A stretch of 64,000 nt of DNA from an uncultured delta proteobacterium (lineage in GTDB: Bacteria; Desulfobacterota; Binatia; UBA9968). Below the pieces are notes generated by a model that was given only the letters and a program-made list of their open reading frames with translations, was not told the DNA's origin and searched no databases. The translations under genes and the position numbers were made by a program. Positions 50,183 to 60,730 of the stretch are shown piece by piece (positions within the stretch are counted from its first letter, which is position 1; each line of letters starts with the position of its first letter). Location: assembly GCA_963840855.1 (NCBI GenBank), contig CAWJBB010000080.1, positions 1 through 64,000 on the forward strand, written 5' to 3'.

Positions 50183-51628
50183 ATGAAATACGACCCCGTT
50201 ATAGGCCTCGAAGTCCACGCCCAGATGCTCACCGAGTCGAAGATCTTTTGCGGTTGCTCGACCCGGTTCGGCGGCGACCCTAATGCCAACGCCTGCCCGG
50301 TATGCGCCGGCTTTCCCGGGGTATTGCCGGTGTTGAACCAGCGCGCCGTCGAGTTCGCCATGCGTGCCGGCTTGGCCGCCCATTGCGATATCGCCCGCTC
50401 CAGCCGTTTGGCGCGGAAAAATTATTTTTATCCTGATCTCCCCAAGGGCTACCAAATCAGCCAGTACGAACTGCCGATCTGCGTGAACGGTTATATCGAT
50501 ATTGAACTGGCGGGCGTGCCCAAGCGCGTGCGGCTCACGCGCATTCACATTGAGGAAGACGCGGGCAAGAATATTCACGATCTGCGGAGCGACGCGAGCC
50601 TCGTGGATCTCAACCGGGCCGGCGTGCCGCTCCTGGAGATTGTCAGCGAACCCGATCTCCGCAGTGCCGAAGAGGCCGTCATTTATCTCAAACGCTTGCG
50701 CGCGATCTTGCAGTATTTGGCCATTTGCGACGGAAACATGGAGGAAGGCAGTTTTCGCTGCGACGCCAATGTCTCGGTGCGCCCCCAAGGCAGCGACACT
50801 CTGGGGACCAAAGTCGAAATCAAGAATGTAAACTCGTTCAAGGCGGTGGAAAAGGCGATCCTCTACGAGATTCAGCGCCAGAGCGATACCCTTGCAGAAG
50901 GTGGAAAGCTGGTCCAAGAAACCCGGCTCTGGGATGAAAACCGGGAGGTCACCCGCTCCATGCGTTCCAAAGAGTTCGCCCACGACTACCGATATTTTCC
51001 CGATCCCGATTTGCTTCCCATCGTCATCAATGAGGATTGGCTTGCCCGGATCAAAGCATCGCTGCCGGAATTTCCCGACCTACGACGCGCGCGGTTCATG
51101 TCGGATTACAAGCTGCCGGCCTACGACGCGGAGCTCCTCACCGGGAGAAAAGATATCGCGGATTATTTCGAATCGGCTCTGGCGATGCACCAAAACGCCA
51201 AAGCCCTCGGCAATTGGATAGTCGGTGATCTCTTTCGGGTTTTGAAGGAACGAAAACTCGACGAGCAACTGACGATCGGCGCGTGGCCGATCCAGCCTGC
51301 CCAATTGGCCGAACTGGTAAAGCTCATCGATCAAGGCAAGATCAGCGGCAAGATCGCCAAGACTGTCTTCGACGCCTTGCTCGACTCTCCCCGCTCGCCT
51401 CAGGAAGTCGTCGCCGAAAAAGGTCTGGAACAAGTCTCCGACACGGGGAGCATCGAAGGTTCCATCGATGCGGTTTTAGCCGCCCATACCAAGCAGGTTG
51501 CGGACTATCGCGGCGGCAATGAGAAAATCTTCGGCTTTCTGGTTGGCCAGGTCATGAAGGCAACCCGCGGCAAGGCCAATCCACAGATGGTCAATGAGCT
51601 GCTCAAACGTAAGCTTGCCGCCTCCTAG
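50183..51628 (+). CDS. gatB: Asp/Glu-tRNA amidotransferase subunit B
   Basis: [41 protein letters not shown]. Confidence 0.98.
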   Translation: MKYDPVIGLEVHAQMLTESKIFCGCSTRFGGDPNANACPVCAGFPGVLPVLNQRAVEFAMRAGLAAHCDIARSSRLARKNYFYPDLPKGYQISQYELPICVNGYIDIELAGVPKRVRLTRIHIEEDAGKNIHDLRSDASLVDLNRAGVPLLEIVSEPDLRSAEEAVIYLKRLRAILQYLAICDGNMEEGSFRCDANVSVRPQGSDTLGTKVEIKNVNSFKAVEKAILYEIQRQSDTLAEGGKLVQETRLWDENREVTRSMRSKEFAHDYRYFPDPDLLPIVINEDWLARIKASLPEFPDLRRARFMSDYKLPAYDAELLTGRKDIADYFESALAMHQNAKALGNWIVGDLFRVLKERKLDEQLTIGAWPIQPAQLAELVKLIDQGKISGKIAKTVFDALLDSPRSPQEVVAEKGLEQVSDTGSIEGSIDAVLAAHTKQVADYRGGNEKIFGFLVGQVMKATRGKANPQMVNELLKRKLAAS

Positions 51629-51712
51629 CGTTGAACCCGGAATTTTGCCCGTTGCGCTTTCAACTCGCCAATTTTAGCGGTAGAATTATGGCCCCACTGG
51701 CATCTGTTGACA

Positions 51713-51727
51713 TGGCGTTTCTGTTGC
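51713..51727 (+). promoter_or_regulatory. sigma54-like promoter
   Basis: TGGCGTTTCTGTTGC (GG-N10-GC) about 140 bp upstream of the DUF4388 gene. Confidence 0.45.
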
Positions 51728-51869
51728 CGCTAGGATTCTTTGGGTCAGGCCCTGTTCCGAGGGCGACGGCCCGCCGGGGGTAAACGCAAGTGGATTATGC
51801 ATAAGTCTACCCAAAAATTGAACATCTAATCATAGAGGGAAACCAATCCAGACTTGACAGGGACGATCC

Positions 51870-52664
51870 ATGCAAGGGAACCTTTCGGAAATCAACTTCG
51901 ACGAAATTCTCTCCTTCGCGACGGGAGGTAAAAAAACCGGCGTCCTCACGCTTTGCCGTGGCAGCGAAACTGTCGAGGTTTTTCTTAACGACGGCGATAT
52001 CGTGCACGCGACCTGTCCCATCGGTGAGGGAGAAAAGGCCATCTACTATCCGGTCACATGGGGCGACGGTACCTTCACCTTACAAGCCAATGGCTCAGCG
52101 CCGGTCACAACCGTGCAGAAAAAATCGGAGCAAATATTGGACGACCTGCGAGCCATGAGCCGGGAATGGGAGAGTATTATAGAGGTGATCCCTTCGGGCC
52201 AGTGCGTTTTTCAACTCGCCGATTTGGGCGCAGAGCCCAACTGCCCCATCACGATTCCTCATGCCGCGTGGCGTGTGCTGTGCAAAATCGACGGGCGGCG
52301 CAGCGTCCAGGAAATTGCCGCGGCGCTTAAAGCTCCGTACGCCCAGACGGCCAAAATTCTCTACAATCTATGCAAGTCGGGCCTCGTGGCCTTGGTTTCA
52401 ACGGTGACTCAGGCACCGGTAAATATCGTTTCCGCTGCGCTACTCGCCAGGATGATAGCCCTCCTCACCGATGTCATGGGTCCCATCGCCCCATTCGTAG
52501 TGCGCGATCAAATTCGCGCGCTAAGCCAATCCCAGGAAAAATTTCCGCAAGCTAAACTCGAAGAACTGATCGGACTCGTCAGCCGGGAAGTCTCGGACGC
52601 CAAGCTCCGAAGTGAGTTCGAAACAGCAGTGGTTCGAGAAATTGCCAACTTCAAGAGGTCTTGA
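51870..52664 (+). CDS. DUF4388 (PatA_N-like) domain protein with winged-helix-like middle and GPIA-type C-terminal domain
   Basis: MQGNLSEI....IL......KTGVL, G.IVHA, GEKA, W..G.F; IDGRRSVQEIA; MGPIA. Confidence 0.8.
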   Translation: MQGNLSEINFDEILSFATGGKKTGVLTLCRGSETVEVFLNDGDIVHATCPIGEGEKAIYYPVTWGDGTFTLQANGSAPVTTVQKKSEQILDDLRAMSREWESIIEVIPSGQCVFQLADLGAEPNCPITIPHAAWRVLCKIDGRRSVQEIAAALKAPYAQTAKILYNLCKSGLVALVSTVTQAPVNIVSAALLARMIALLTDVMGPIAPFVVRDQIRALSQSQEKFPQAKLEELIGLVSREVSDAKLRSEFETAVVREIANFKRS

Positions 52665-52696
52665 CTCGAACAAGGCCCGATCTATCAGGAGGATCT

Positions 52697-53488
52697 ATGG
52701 CGGAGGAGTCTGTGTCCATGGAAAATACTAAGCTCGTCAAAGCGGCGTCGGGGACGCGGCGAAAGATGAGCTTGAAATGGAAACTCGGCGCAGCTTCAGG
52801 CGGCACGGTCTTGGCCATGGGCGTGGTCGTACTGAGCATCGTCTACTTTCTCACCGAAGGCGCTCTGCGCAAACAGGTGGATTTTAGATCCTCGGCCATT
52901 GCCACGAATCTTAGCGACGCCGCCGCTCCCTACATATCGCGGCGTAGCGTCCTCGAACTAGACTCGCTGGTCGCCAAGTATGGCCGGCTCGAAGGCGTTG
53001 CTTATGCCTTCATCCAGGATGGCAAAGGAGAAATTATCGCGTCGAGCACCCACCCGTTTCCCGCCGATTTAAAGAATACCCTCAACGACAACCCTCAAGA
53101 ACGAACCGCGACCTCCAGGTCGCTCACGATCAGAGGCAGGCCCGTTTACGAAACCCGCGCGCCGGTGCTTGAGGGGCAGCTCGGCGCGGTTCGCGTCGGA
53201 CTATGGGATGACATCATTCAACAGGATGTTCGTAAAACTCTGCTTCCCATAATTCTAGTCACCGCGATTTGTCTCGGCGTGGCGGCCATAGTATCCGTCT
53301 TCATTGCCGGTAGTGTGATCAAGCCAATCATCGAATTGGCCGCGGCGGCCGATGCCATGAGTCGCGGCCAGCTTGACGTCCCAATTACCGCTCGCACTGA
53401 CGATGAAATTGGCGAGTTGGCGCGGTCCATCGAGCGAATGCGGGCGAGTTTAAAAGCCGCGATCAACCGACTCAGCCGAACGCCTTGA
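52697..53488 (+). CDS. Membrane sensor-like protein: TM, periplasmic domain, TM, HAMP; no output domain
   Basis: Two TM segments; PIIELAAAADAMSRGQLD...DEIGELARSIERMR then stop. Confidence 0.85.
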   Translation: MAEESVSMENTKLVKAASGTRRKMSLKWKLGAASGGTVLAMGVVVLSIVYFLTEGALRKQVDFRSSAIATNLSDAAAPYISRRSVLELDSLVAKYGRLEGVAYAFIQDGKGEIIASSTHPFPADLKNTLNDNPQERTATSRSLTIRGRPVYETRAPVLEGQLGAVRVGLWDDIIQQDVRKTLLPIILVTAICLGVAAIVSVFIAGSVIKPIIELAAAADAMSRGQLDVPITARTDDEIGELARSIERMRASLKAAINRLSRTP

Positions 53489-53533
53489 TATTTAAGCGCC
53501 GCCGTAAACAAAGAAGGACATTATTGATTTGAG

Positions 53534-54757
53534 CTACTTGTGCAATTCACCCGCGTTTAGCCAACGCTCAAGCGATCCCGGCCGAGGCGGGACCGCTGAT
53601 TCATCCGCAGTTCTACCTGAAAGTCCACCAGATTGAAGAATAGCGTCGGTCAACCCAGCATAGCTCTTGGCGATGTCGGAGCTGAAGTCACATGCCTCTA
53701 TAGGCAATCCCTGGTTGATCGCAGCGACCGCCACCGGATAGTTGTTGGGGAGTGTCCAAAATACTTTCATTCCCAGTGCCTTTTCCATGGTTTCCAGATT
53801 CATGATCGGGTTGTTCACGTAACGATTGAGCAGCAAGCGTATCTTGCCGACGTCGACACCCATCGTTTGAAACAGGTCAAACGCCCGACGGGCGCTTCTC
53901 AGGGAAGGAACATCCATTTCCGTGAGGAAAAAAATGACATCAGCCTTGTCCAGCACCGTCGTTAGCATGTCGTCAAACACTTTAGGGGTATCGATCACGA
54001 TATAATCAAAGGCAAGCGCCAGTATGTCGAGGATCTCATCGATGTCGGCGGGCGTAATCCGTCGTGCATCCCCGGCGCGAAACGGCTCCGCCAAGACCCG
54101 CACCCCGGACGCATGCTTAACCAGGAAATCTTCGCGAAACGTTGGCTCGGCGCGCCGAATGACCTTGACTAGGTCGAGTATCGTATACGACGGATCCAGA
54201 TTCAAAAAACTGGTAACCGAACCAAACTGCAGTACCAGATCGACCAGGCAAATCAGCTTATCGCGGCCAGCCAAATTCGCGGCAACATTGGTGGCTGCCG
54301 TGGTCGTCCCCGCTCCTCCCTTATTCGATGTAATGGCGATAACTTTTCCGCGTTGCCTAGCCCGGGCGGTTTCGACGCTGATTTTTTTTCGGATTGCGTC
54401 GAACACTCTCAGTACCTCTTCGTTGATCAAAGGTTGGGGTAAATACTCTTCCGCACCGACACGCATGGCCCGCAGAATGAGTTCCGGATCGTTGCGCGGG
54501 GATGTCATCACCAAATGTACATCGGGAAGATTGAAACTAATCTCCTCGGCGAGGCGGTAGGCTTTGTCCGGATCTCGTTCGATTTCGATGACGGCAACCC
54601 TGTTCCCGCTCGTGCATTTTAGGCGCTCGACGGCTTCTGAATACGAAAATGCCCTCGCTTCGACTTGGTACCCGTCTTCGCCCGCAAGCTGGCGGCGCAC
54701 GCAACCAAGCGCGATACTCTCGTCACCAACCAGGAAAATAGAAGTTTTCAATGCCAT
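53534..54757 (-). CDS. CpaE/TadZ-like atypical receiver plus MinD/ParA ATPase
   Basis: AMRVGAEEYL, NKGGAGTTT, DLVLQFG, KHASG, DYIVIDTP, LLLNR. Confidence 0.85.
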   Translation of the reverse strand: MALKTSIFLVGDESIALGCVRRQLAGEDGYQVEARAFSYSEAVERLKCTSGNRVAVIEIERDPDKAYRLAEEISFNLPDVHLVMTSPRNDPELILRAMRVGAEEYLPQPLINEEVLRVFDAIRKKISVETARARQRGKVIAITSNKGGAGTTTAATNVAANLAGRDKLICLVDLVLQFGSVTSFLNLDPSYTILDLVKVIRRAEPTFREDFLVKHASGVRVLAEPFRAGDARRITPADIDEILDILALAFDYIVIDTPKVFDDMLTTVLDKADVIFFLTEMDVPSLRSARRAFDLFQTMGVDVGKIRLLLNRYVNNPIMNLETMEKALGMKVFWTLPNNYPVAVAAINQGLPIEACDFSSDIAKSYAGLTDAILQSGGLSGRTADESAVPPRPGSLERWLNAGELHK

Positions 54758-55500
54758 TTTTCTTTGTATCGTCAAGCTTTCGGCACCGGCCGACGTTGCG
54801 CCGGCTCATTGAGCCGAGCCCACTTTACCGATGGTCGCTGCTCGCTAAACTTGGACGTGAGTTAAATCGGCAATTTAACCGTAACCTTCAAGCGCACCCG
54901 ATTAAAAAGCTCGGCTAACCAGCGTTGCCGCCTGCCAGATCGGCCCGAGTCCCGGCGCATGGAATCCTGGAACACGCCCGGACAAATAGGATTGAGTTGA
55001 ATTTCTTTGCTCAATGCCAGCTAACCGCTGTCAAACTATCATCATTGTGGTGTCACGAAACGCTCGAATGTGCGGCGCTAAGACCAGGTGTAAAAATGCC
55101 TCCCAAACCGATTACCGATCGCAGGGACCATTGGAGTACTTCGAATATCTCAAGACTACCAAGGCGGTATCGGCAAGACCAAATCGTTTTCCGATTCATG
55201 TCCTGATAAATTCACGCGAATTTCATCTTTGTTTACCATTCCCGTTTTACAGGCGTGAGAACCTCATCGCTCGGCAATTATGTTAAAGCAATCCTAAATT
55301 GACAAACCTGTCGCTTTTGATACAAGGTTGTCGATACCGCCGCGCAGCAGATATGTTTGACTGCGAGCGAAAGGACAAAGGCGCAGCCGGTAAAATTAAT
55401 GGACTCTTAGGCACATGCTGGCCGTCTCGGGAAACGTCCGGCGAGACCGCCGGGTCAACCGAAAAGAACAAGGGTTGAACTTGGCATCGTATAATTTGGA

Positions 55501-55515
55501 TGGCGCCTATTTTGC
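55501..55515 (+). promoter_or_regulatory. sigma54-like promoter
   Basis: TGGCGCCTATTTTGC upstream of the REC-GGDEF gene. Confidence 0.6.
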
Positions 55516-55651
55516 TTCCGAAACAAATCACCGTCATTTCATGCTTACGTCGCCATAAAATGGCGAACAAGTAAGCAAAAGAAACCGATCGCCGATAAGT
55601 CATTGACGAACGATTGAGCTTCGCCTAGTCATAACGATATTCGCAAAAATC

Positions 55652-56605
55652 ATGGAAAACACACAGCAACCGGGAAATTCATTGTGCATCCTGGTGATCG
55701 AAGATCATCCTGATCAGCGCGACCTACTTTCCATAGTTCTAAGGCGCGAGGGCTATCGCGTAATTACGGCCGCCAATGGCATTGAAGCGTTGGAAAAACT
55801 CCGCGGCGAACAAGTGCACATTGCTTTGTCCGATATCATGATGCCCAAGATGGACGGTTTTGAGCTGATAAAAACAATTCGCACCGATCCTGATCTGAAA
55901 AATCTTTACCTCATCCTGATCACCGCAAGGATACAGGAAGGTGACCGGGTTCGGGGGCTCGACCTCGGGGCCGACGATTATATCACCAAGCCTTTTTCCT
56001 TTTCTGAGTTGCTGGCGCGAATTCGAGTCGGCTCGCGGGTGATACAATACCAACAGCATTTAGAGTACCAGACGCAGACCGATTCCCTGACCGGCTTATA
56101 CAACCGGCGCGCTTTCGAGAAAAAGATGACGGACGAATTCGAACGAGCGAACCGCTATGGCCATCCGTTGTCGCTGCTGATTCTCGATATCGACAACTTT
56201 AAAGTTATCAACGACACCTATGGGCATCATGGCGGTGATGCCGCCCTCGTGAAGATCTCTGAAACTCTGCGCACCACAACGCGCCAGAGCGACTTTCCGT
56301 CGCGTTTTGGTGGCGAGGAATTTGTTCTCCTACTGCCCGAGACAGACCATGATAGCGCCCTGCTGGCAGGAGAGAAAATTCTGGGTGAAATCCGCTCTTC
56401 GGTATTCTCGGCGAACAACGGCTATTTTTCTCTCACCGTCAGCATCGGCATCAGCTCCACGTCAATCCACACCTATTCCGACGCTAACCAGATGATCGAG
56501 GACGCCGACCGCGCCCTGTACACCGCTAAACACAAGGGCAAGGACCGGGTTGAAGTTTTCTGGCCAGGAAAGCCCCATGGGGAACGGCATCTCATCGCCC
56601 ATTGA
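55652..56605 (+). CDS. Response-regulator diguanylate cyclase (REC-GGDEF)
   Basis: DIMMP phosphoacceptor, KPF, DIDNFK..NDTYGH, RQSD I-site, RFGGEEF. Confidence 0.95.
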   Translation: MENTQQPGNSLCILVIEDHPDQRDLLSIVLRREGYRVITAANGIEALEKLRGEQVHIALSDIMMPKMDGFELIKTIRTDPDLKNLYLILITARIQEGDRVRGLDLGADDYITKPFSFSELLARIRVGSRVIQYQQHLEYQTQTDSLTGLYNRRAFEKKMTDEFERANRYGHPLSLLILDIDNFKVINDTYGHHGGDAALVKISETLRTTTRQSDFPSRFGGEEFVLLLPETDHDSALLAGEKILGEIRSSVFSANNGYFSLTVSIGISSTSIHTYSDANQMIEDADRALYTAKHKGKDRVEVFWPGKPHGERHLIAH

Positions 56606-56790
56606 TCGTCAATTTTTCTTCCCGACGCTCTGACCCAGGGTTCACCACTCCTTTCGACGCCTGCCAAATTCCCAGACCGGCGTCTTAGGCTTCCACGAAT
56701 CATCATAAAGCAGGAAAGAGTGCCAAACAGGGGTTAATCTTCCTTTCGCGGCTCCGGCGGGAACTTTTCACCCGTTGGAACGGATCCCGC

Positions 56791-56887
56791 GGGTGGGGTT
56801 CTGACCCCGCCCTTGACCAAAGGGGATGCTCACCCCCCTTTGGAAACCTCATGATGTTGTTCCCGCCTCAAGAGGCGAGGTTTACAT
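56791..56887. repeat. Cluster of three hairpins including REP-like dispersed repeat, copy 1
   Basis: GGGTGGGGT/ACCCCGCCC, CCAAAGGGG/CCCCTTTGG and CGCCTC-AA-GAGGCG; 56840-56887 recurs at 63098-63150. Confidence 0.75.
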
Positions 56888-57041
56888 AGGATAAAACAAA
56901 TCCGAGATACGCCGATCAGTACTGATAGGCGAAAACGTTTTTTGAGTGGTTTTTGATTCCGGTGAGTTCATTTCTTGCGTGCTTTCGCACTGAGCAGCAT
57001 AGCGGTCGAACCGCAGCCGCTTGTGCGCCCGAAAAAACATA

Positions 57042-57056
57042 TGGCACGCGCATTGC
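57042..57056 (+). promoter_or_regulatory. sigma54 promoter
   Basis: TGGCACGCGCATTGC, an exact TGGCACG-N4-TTGC match, about 85 bp upstream of the EAL gene. Confidence 0.75.
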
Positions 57057-57141
57057 GACGCAGAACGATGCTAGCCCTTTGGGGTAGAAATCTTCCTGAA
57101 CGAGACCAACTGCCAAATTCCAGCTGCTTGGAAACGCAAAA

Positions 57142-58503
57142 GTGACCCAGATACCCGTTGAAATAGCTGATAACGCACAATTTCACATTCAGATCCGGCA
57201 AGCGGTCTTGGCGGCACAGCACAGCTCAAGGCAAGTCGGCTTGCTTATGATTGACATCGACGCCGGTGAGCCCTCTTTCCGAAACGGTGATGGACTATCC
57301 AACGGCATGAGAGAGAAGGCCTTCGCGTTAGTCTCCGGCACGCTTCGCGAATCCGATGTTCTATGCCGCATTTCGGGGGCCGAAACTGCGGTACTTTTAT
57401 CGTCGCTGCGAAAAACCGACGACGCGCTGCTCGTGACGGAAAAAATACTTCGCGAACTCGATCGACTGCTTCAACTGGAAAGCAGGACGGCCAGTTTGCG
57501 GCCCCAAATTGGCGTCGCCCTGTTTCCCAACCATGGGAGCAGCGCCTCTACCCTCTTGGAGTGCGCTGATATAGCTCTTAAAACCGCCCGCAGAAATAAA
57601 CAGCGCTACGTCCTTTACTCCGAGGAGTTTAGCCGCTCGCCGCGTCCGCCGTTACGCTTGGGCGCGTTACGGCAAGCGATTGTGCAGGACCAACTCTTTC
57701 CGCTCTATCAACCGAAAATTGACCTCAAAAACGATCGCATCACCGGCCTCGAGGTGCTCACTCGATGGCGTCACCCAGAGTATGGCTTGATCATGCCCGA
57801 TGAGTTCATTCCGTTGTCGGAGCGCACCGGCCTCATCGTTCCGTTGACCCTATGGGTGCTCAACGCGTCCATTAATCAGTGCCGGCGCTGGCGCGACCAA
57901 GGCATCAACACCAGTATCGCGGTCAATTTGTCGATGTGGAACCTCGACACTCCTGAGCTGCCTGATCAGGTTGCCGCTCTTCTCAACAGCACGGGTGTCC
58001 CGGCCAGCCAGCTGGAACTGGAACTCACGGAAAGCGCGATCATGGATGACCCCCAGCGGGCCATGCGCACCTTCAAAGCGATCAGAGAGCTTGGAGTCCG
58101 ATTCGCCATCGACGATTTTGGAACGGGTTACTCATCGCTGGCATACCTAAGAAAACTTCCCGTTAGCAGCATCAAAATCGACAAATCGTTCACCCAAAAC
58201 ATGGAATCCGACAACGACAGCGCCGTGATCGTGCGCGCCATCATTGATTTGGGACACAATCTGGGGCTAAAGGTGGTGGCAGAAGGAGTTGAGACCCTCG
58301 GAGCCAGAGAGATGCTCACGGACTTCAATTGCGATGAGGCACAGGGGTACTATTTCAGCCGCCCCGTAACCGCTCCCGACATTACCCGCTTCATGGAAAA
58401 TGCCCAGACATCATCCGCCCAAAACAGCCCAATCGAGAACGTTGTGGGCTGGCCGCTCGAAAACGCTGGCGAAATTCCGACGGCTATTAAACCTCCCCTC
58501 TAA
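57142..58503 (+). CDS. Degenerate GGDEF plus EAL c-di-GMP phosphodiesterase
   Basis: GGDEF motif decayed to SGAET; YQP, EVLTRW, ELTES, DDFGTGYSSL, KIDKSF, AEGVE and QGY intact. Confidence 0.92.
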   Translation: MTQIPVEIADNAQFHIQIRQAVLAAQHSSRQVGLLMIDIDAGEPSFRNGDGLSNGMREKAFALVSGTLRESDVLCRISGAETAVLLSSLRKTDDALLVTEKILRELDRLLQLESRTASLRPQIGVALFPNHGSSASTLLECADIALKTARRNKQRYVLYSEEFSRSPRPPLRLGALRQAIVQDQLFPLYQPKIDLKNDRITGLEVLTRWRHPEYGLIMPDEFIPLSERTGLIVPLTLWVLNASINQCRRWRDQGINTSIAVNLSMWNLDTPELPDQVAALLNSTGVPASQLELELTESAIMDDPQRAMRTFKAIRELGVRFAIDDFGTGYSSLAYLRKLPVSSIKIDKSFTQNMESDNDSAVIVRAIIDLGHNLGLKVVAEGVETLGAREMLTDFNCDEAQGYYFSRPVTAPDITRFMENAQTSSAQNSPIENVVGWPLENAGEIPTAIKPPL

Positions 58504-58542
58504 GTGCCTTGCGTCCTACGCAGCGCCTTGGCGTTCGTTGAA

Positions 58543-59850
58543 TCACTCTTGCGCCGGTCCCATCAGCGGACAAATGCCGACGACGCTAAAAAACAGCTCC
58601 CGGATGGAAACCTCACGAGCTCGCCTGACTTCCTGGAAGCGCGCCGACAGAGAAATGTAAACAAGCAACCGGCAGAAGCCGGACAATACAAAAAGACCGA
58701 TAAGCTGGTAACCGAAGAGCGGCGGCAATCGGGAAGCCAGCCATCCGCCGGTCGCCGAGCCGAGAAAAACCGCGACGCCGTTTATCACGTTGAAGTAGGC
58801 GATACAGCGCACGCGCTTTTGCGGCGTCACCGCGTCATAGATGAAATTGCCGGTGGAAAGCGTGACCCCGCTCCATGCGAATCCAGCCCACATCTGAACC
58901 AACATCAGATAAACCGGATTGTGCGACACCAACCAAAAGAAAGGAATGAGCGCGGCAAAAAACGAACTGAGCCGCAGCACTCGCACGTTACCCACCAGAT
59001 CCGCATGCCGGCCCCACAACGGCAGTGCCACGAGCGTCACCAGCGCGGAACTAACGTGGAGCGCCATATAGGTGAGATAATCGAGTTGCAGGTCCCGAAG
59101 CATGAACACCGCAAAAAATGGCGCGGCTAAGAAACTGGCAAAATTCAGAGCCGCTGCGAAGGTGACGAATTTCAAGAAATTACTCTCGCGAAAACGGGCG
59201 ATGAACATCAAAAATGTAAAATCGCTCGCCGGGTCCTTCTTGTGCGGAGGCTCATCCATCTGCTTGATGAAATAGGCGGAACCATAACGGGCAAGCGCCG
59301 CCAGGCAGAACAAGACAACGAAGCCGCCGCGGTAGCCGAGCCGCCTGAACAAATAGAGCAATACGCCCGCGCCGCAAACACTGCCGACGCCGACCGCGCC
59401 GAGGACGCTGTTGCGCCAGCCAAAGTAATGTCCCCGTTTGCTCGCGGGTATGTAGTCGCTCATCAAACTGCCCCACGCGGGCCCCGCCAAACCACCACAT
59501 AAGGCCGCCAGGGTCAGAAGAACAAGAAACCACTCGACGCGAGAAGGCACATCAGACGCCGCTAGAACCGCTATGCCGACAAAGAACGACGCCTGGGAAA
59601 AGACCAAACGCACTAATAACTTGAGCCGCCCGCCCACCCAGTAGATGACCCGCACCGCGAAGAACTGGGACAGGGAGGAAAAGAGATTTGGCAACGCGCT
59701 GACGAACCCCACCTGCAAGACCGTCGCTCCCAAGAAGAGTGCCAGCGGAGTGGCGTAATGTTCAGTGACACCGCCCATAAGTGCGGCAAAGATTCCGTCC
59801 TTAAACGAAGCGCGCAGACTCTCTCTGACGTCGATATTTTTACGCACCAT
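58543..59850 (-). CDS. MFS transporter
   Basis: 12 TM pattern, RGHYFGWRN, WGRHADLVGN. Confidence 0.88.
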   Translation of the reverse strand: MVRKNIDVRESLRASFKDGIFAALMGGVTEHYATPLALFLGATVLQVGFVSALPNLFSSLSQFFAVRVIYWVGGRLKLLVRLVFSQASFFVGIAVLAASDVPSRVEWFLVLLTLAALCGGLAGPAWGSLMSDYIPASKRGHYFGWRNSVLGAVGVGSVCGAGVLLYLFRRLGYRGGFVVLFCLAALARYGSAYFIKQMDEPPHKKDPASDFTFLMFIARFRESNFLKFVTFAAALNFASFLAAPFFAVFMLRDLQLDYLTYMALHVSSALVTLVALPLWGRHADLVGNVRVLRLSSFFAALIPFFWLVSHNPVYLMLVQMWAGFAWSGVTLSTGNFIYDAVTPQKRVRCIAYFNVINGVAVFLGSATGGWLASRLPPLFGYQLIGLFVLSGFCRLLVYISLSARFQEVRRAREVSIRELFFSVVGICPLMGPAQE

Positions 59851-60369
59851 GATCGGCTGTCTCCCGAAGGATGAGTTATTTTGACGATAAATTCCAGCTG
59901 CCAATCATCGTCAGTCTCTAGAGCTTTCGCCCCACCCAAAAAAGGCCAGTTCGATCTGGGCTAACGCTGCCGGTAGGAGCGGCCGTTCAGGGCGGTATAT
60001 CGGCCGGCCTGGTGGCAAGCAGCGCGGTCCGTTCTTGATTCGCGCCGTACCGCACTGGCGTCTCGCAAATGGCCGCCTCCAGCGCCGACGAAGCCGTGCA
60101 TTACGTTTCGGAGTATTTCGCCAATCAAGGATGGATTTCACCTCACGGTGAGAGAAGGCCGGATCCCGCGTCACGCGCAGTGATCAAGCGAAGCCCGGGC
60201 GCGACGCTGAGACGTTCAAGCCGCCCGTGTACTCATAGTCGCGGCCACAGACTTGCTCCGATTGCTAAGCTCGGATCACGGTCGGGTTTGAGCGATTTTT
60301 CAATGCCGCAGGCGGATTGCCGTATCGCCGAAATTATCGGCCGCCAATCATGCGAGCATGAGCATCGCG

Positions 60370-60670
60370 TTACTGCTGCTCCCGATACAACCCGAGCGCT
60401 TGAAATAACGGCCGGTCACTGACGGAAAATAAGATCGCAATCTGATCGGAGGAACGATTGGTGAAGCGATGCCAATGCCAGGTAGGAATGTTGAAACAGT
60501 CCCGCTCGCCCCATTGGAGCGTGTTTTCCTCTGCTTTGCTTTTGCCGACGCGACTCTCACCCGTTCCCCGCACCACGAAATAGACCGTGCTGCACGCATG
60601 CCGATGGCTACGGGTTGCTTCGCCGGGACGGAGCATTTGCAGCTACGGGTCAAGTCGGTAGCGAGATCTT
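60370..60670 (-). pseudogene. C-terminal fragment of a gentisate 1,2-dioxygenase-like cupin
   Basis: LQMLRPGE.TRSHRH..STVY.V..G.G, W...D.F.IPTW.WH, SDRP; in-frame stop just upstream, N-terminal domain missing. Confidence 0.65.
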
Positions 60671-60730
60671 ACGAAGATGCCGATGAACTCTCGCGCAGCG
60701 CATCACGCCGTTGCCGCAACGATGAAAACT

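Noticed and set aside
55360-55470. c-di-GMP riboswitch upstream of the cyclase
   Set aside because: Hairpins are present but the GEMM-I pattern (GGCAAA..GAAA..GACGCAAAGC) is not
56710-56725. sigma54 site TGGCACTCTTTCCTGC on the minus strand
   Set aside because: GG-GC spacing is 11 rather than 10, and it points antisense
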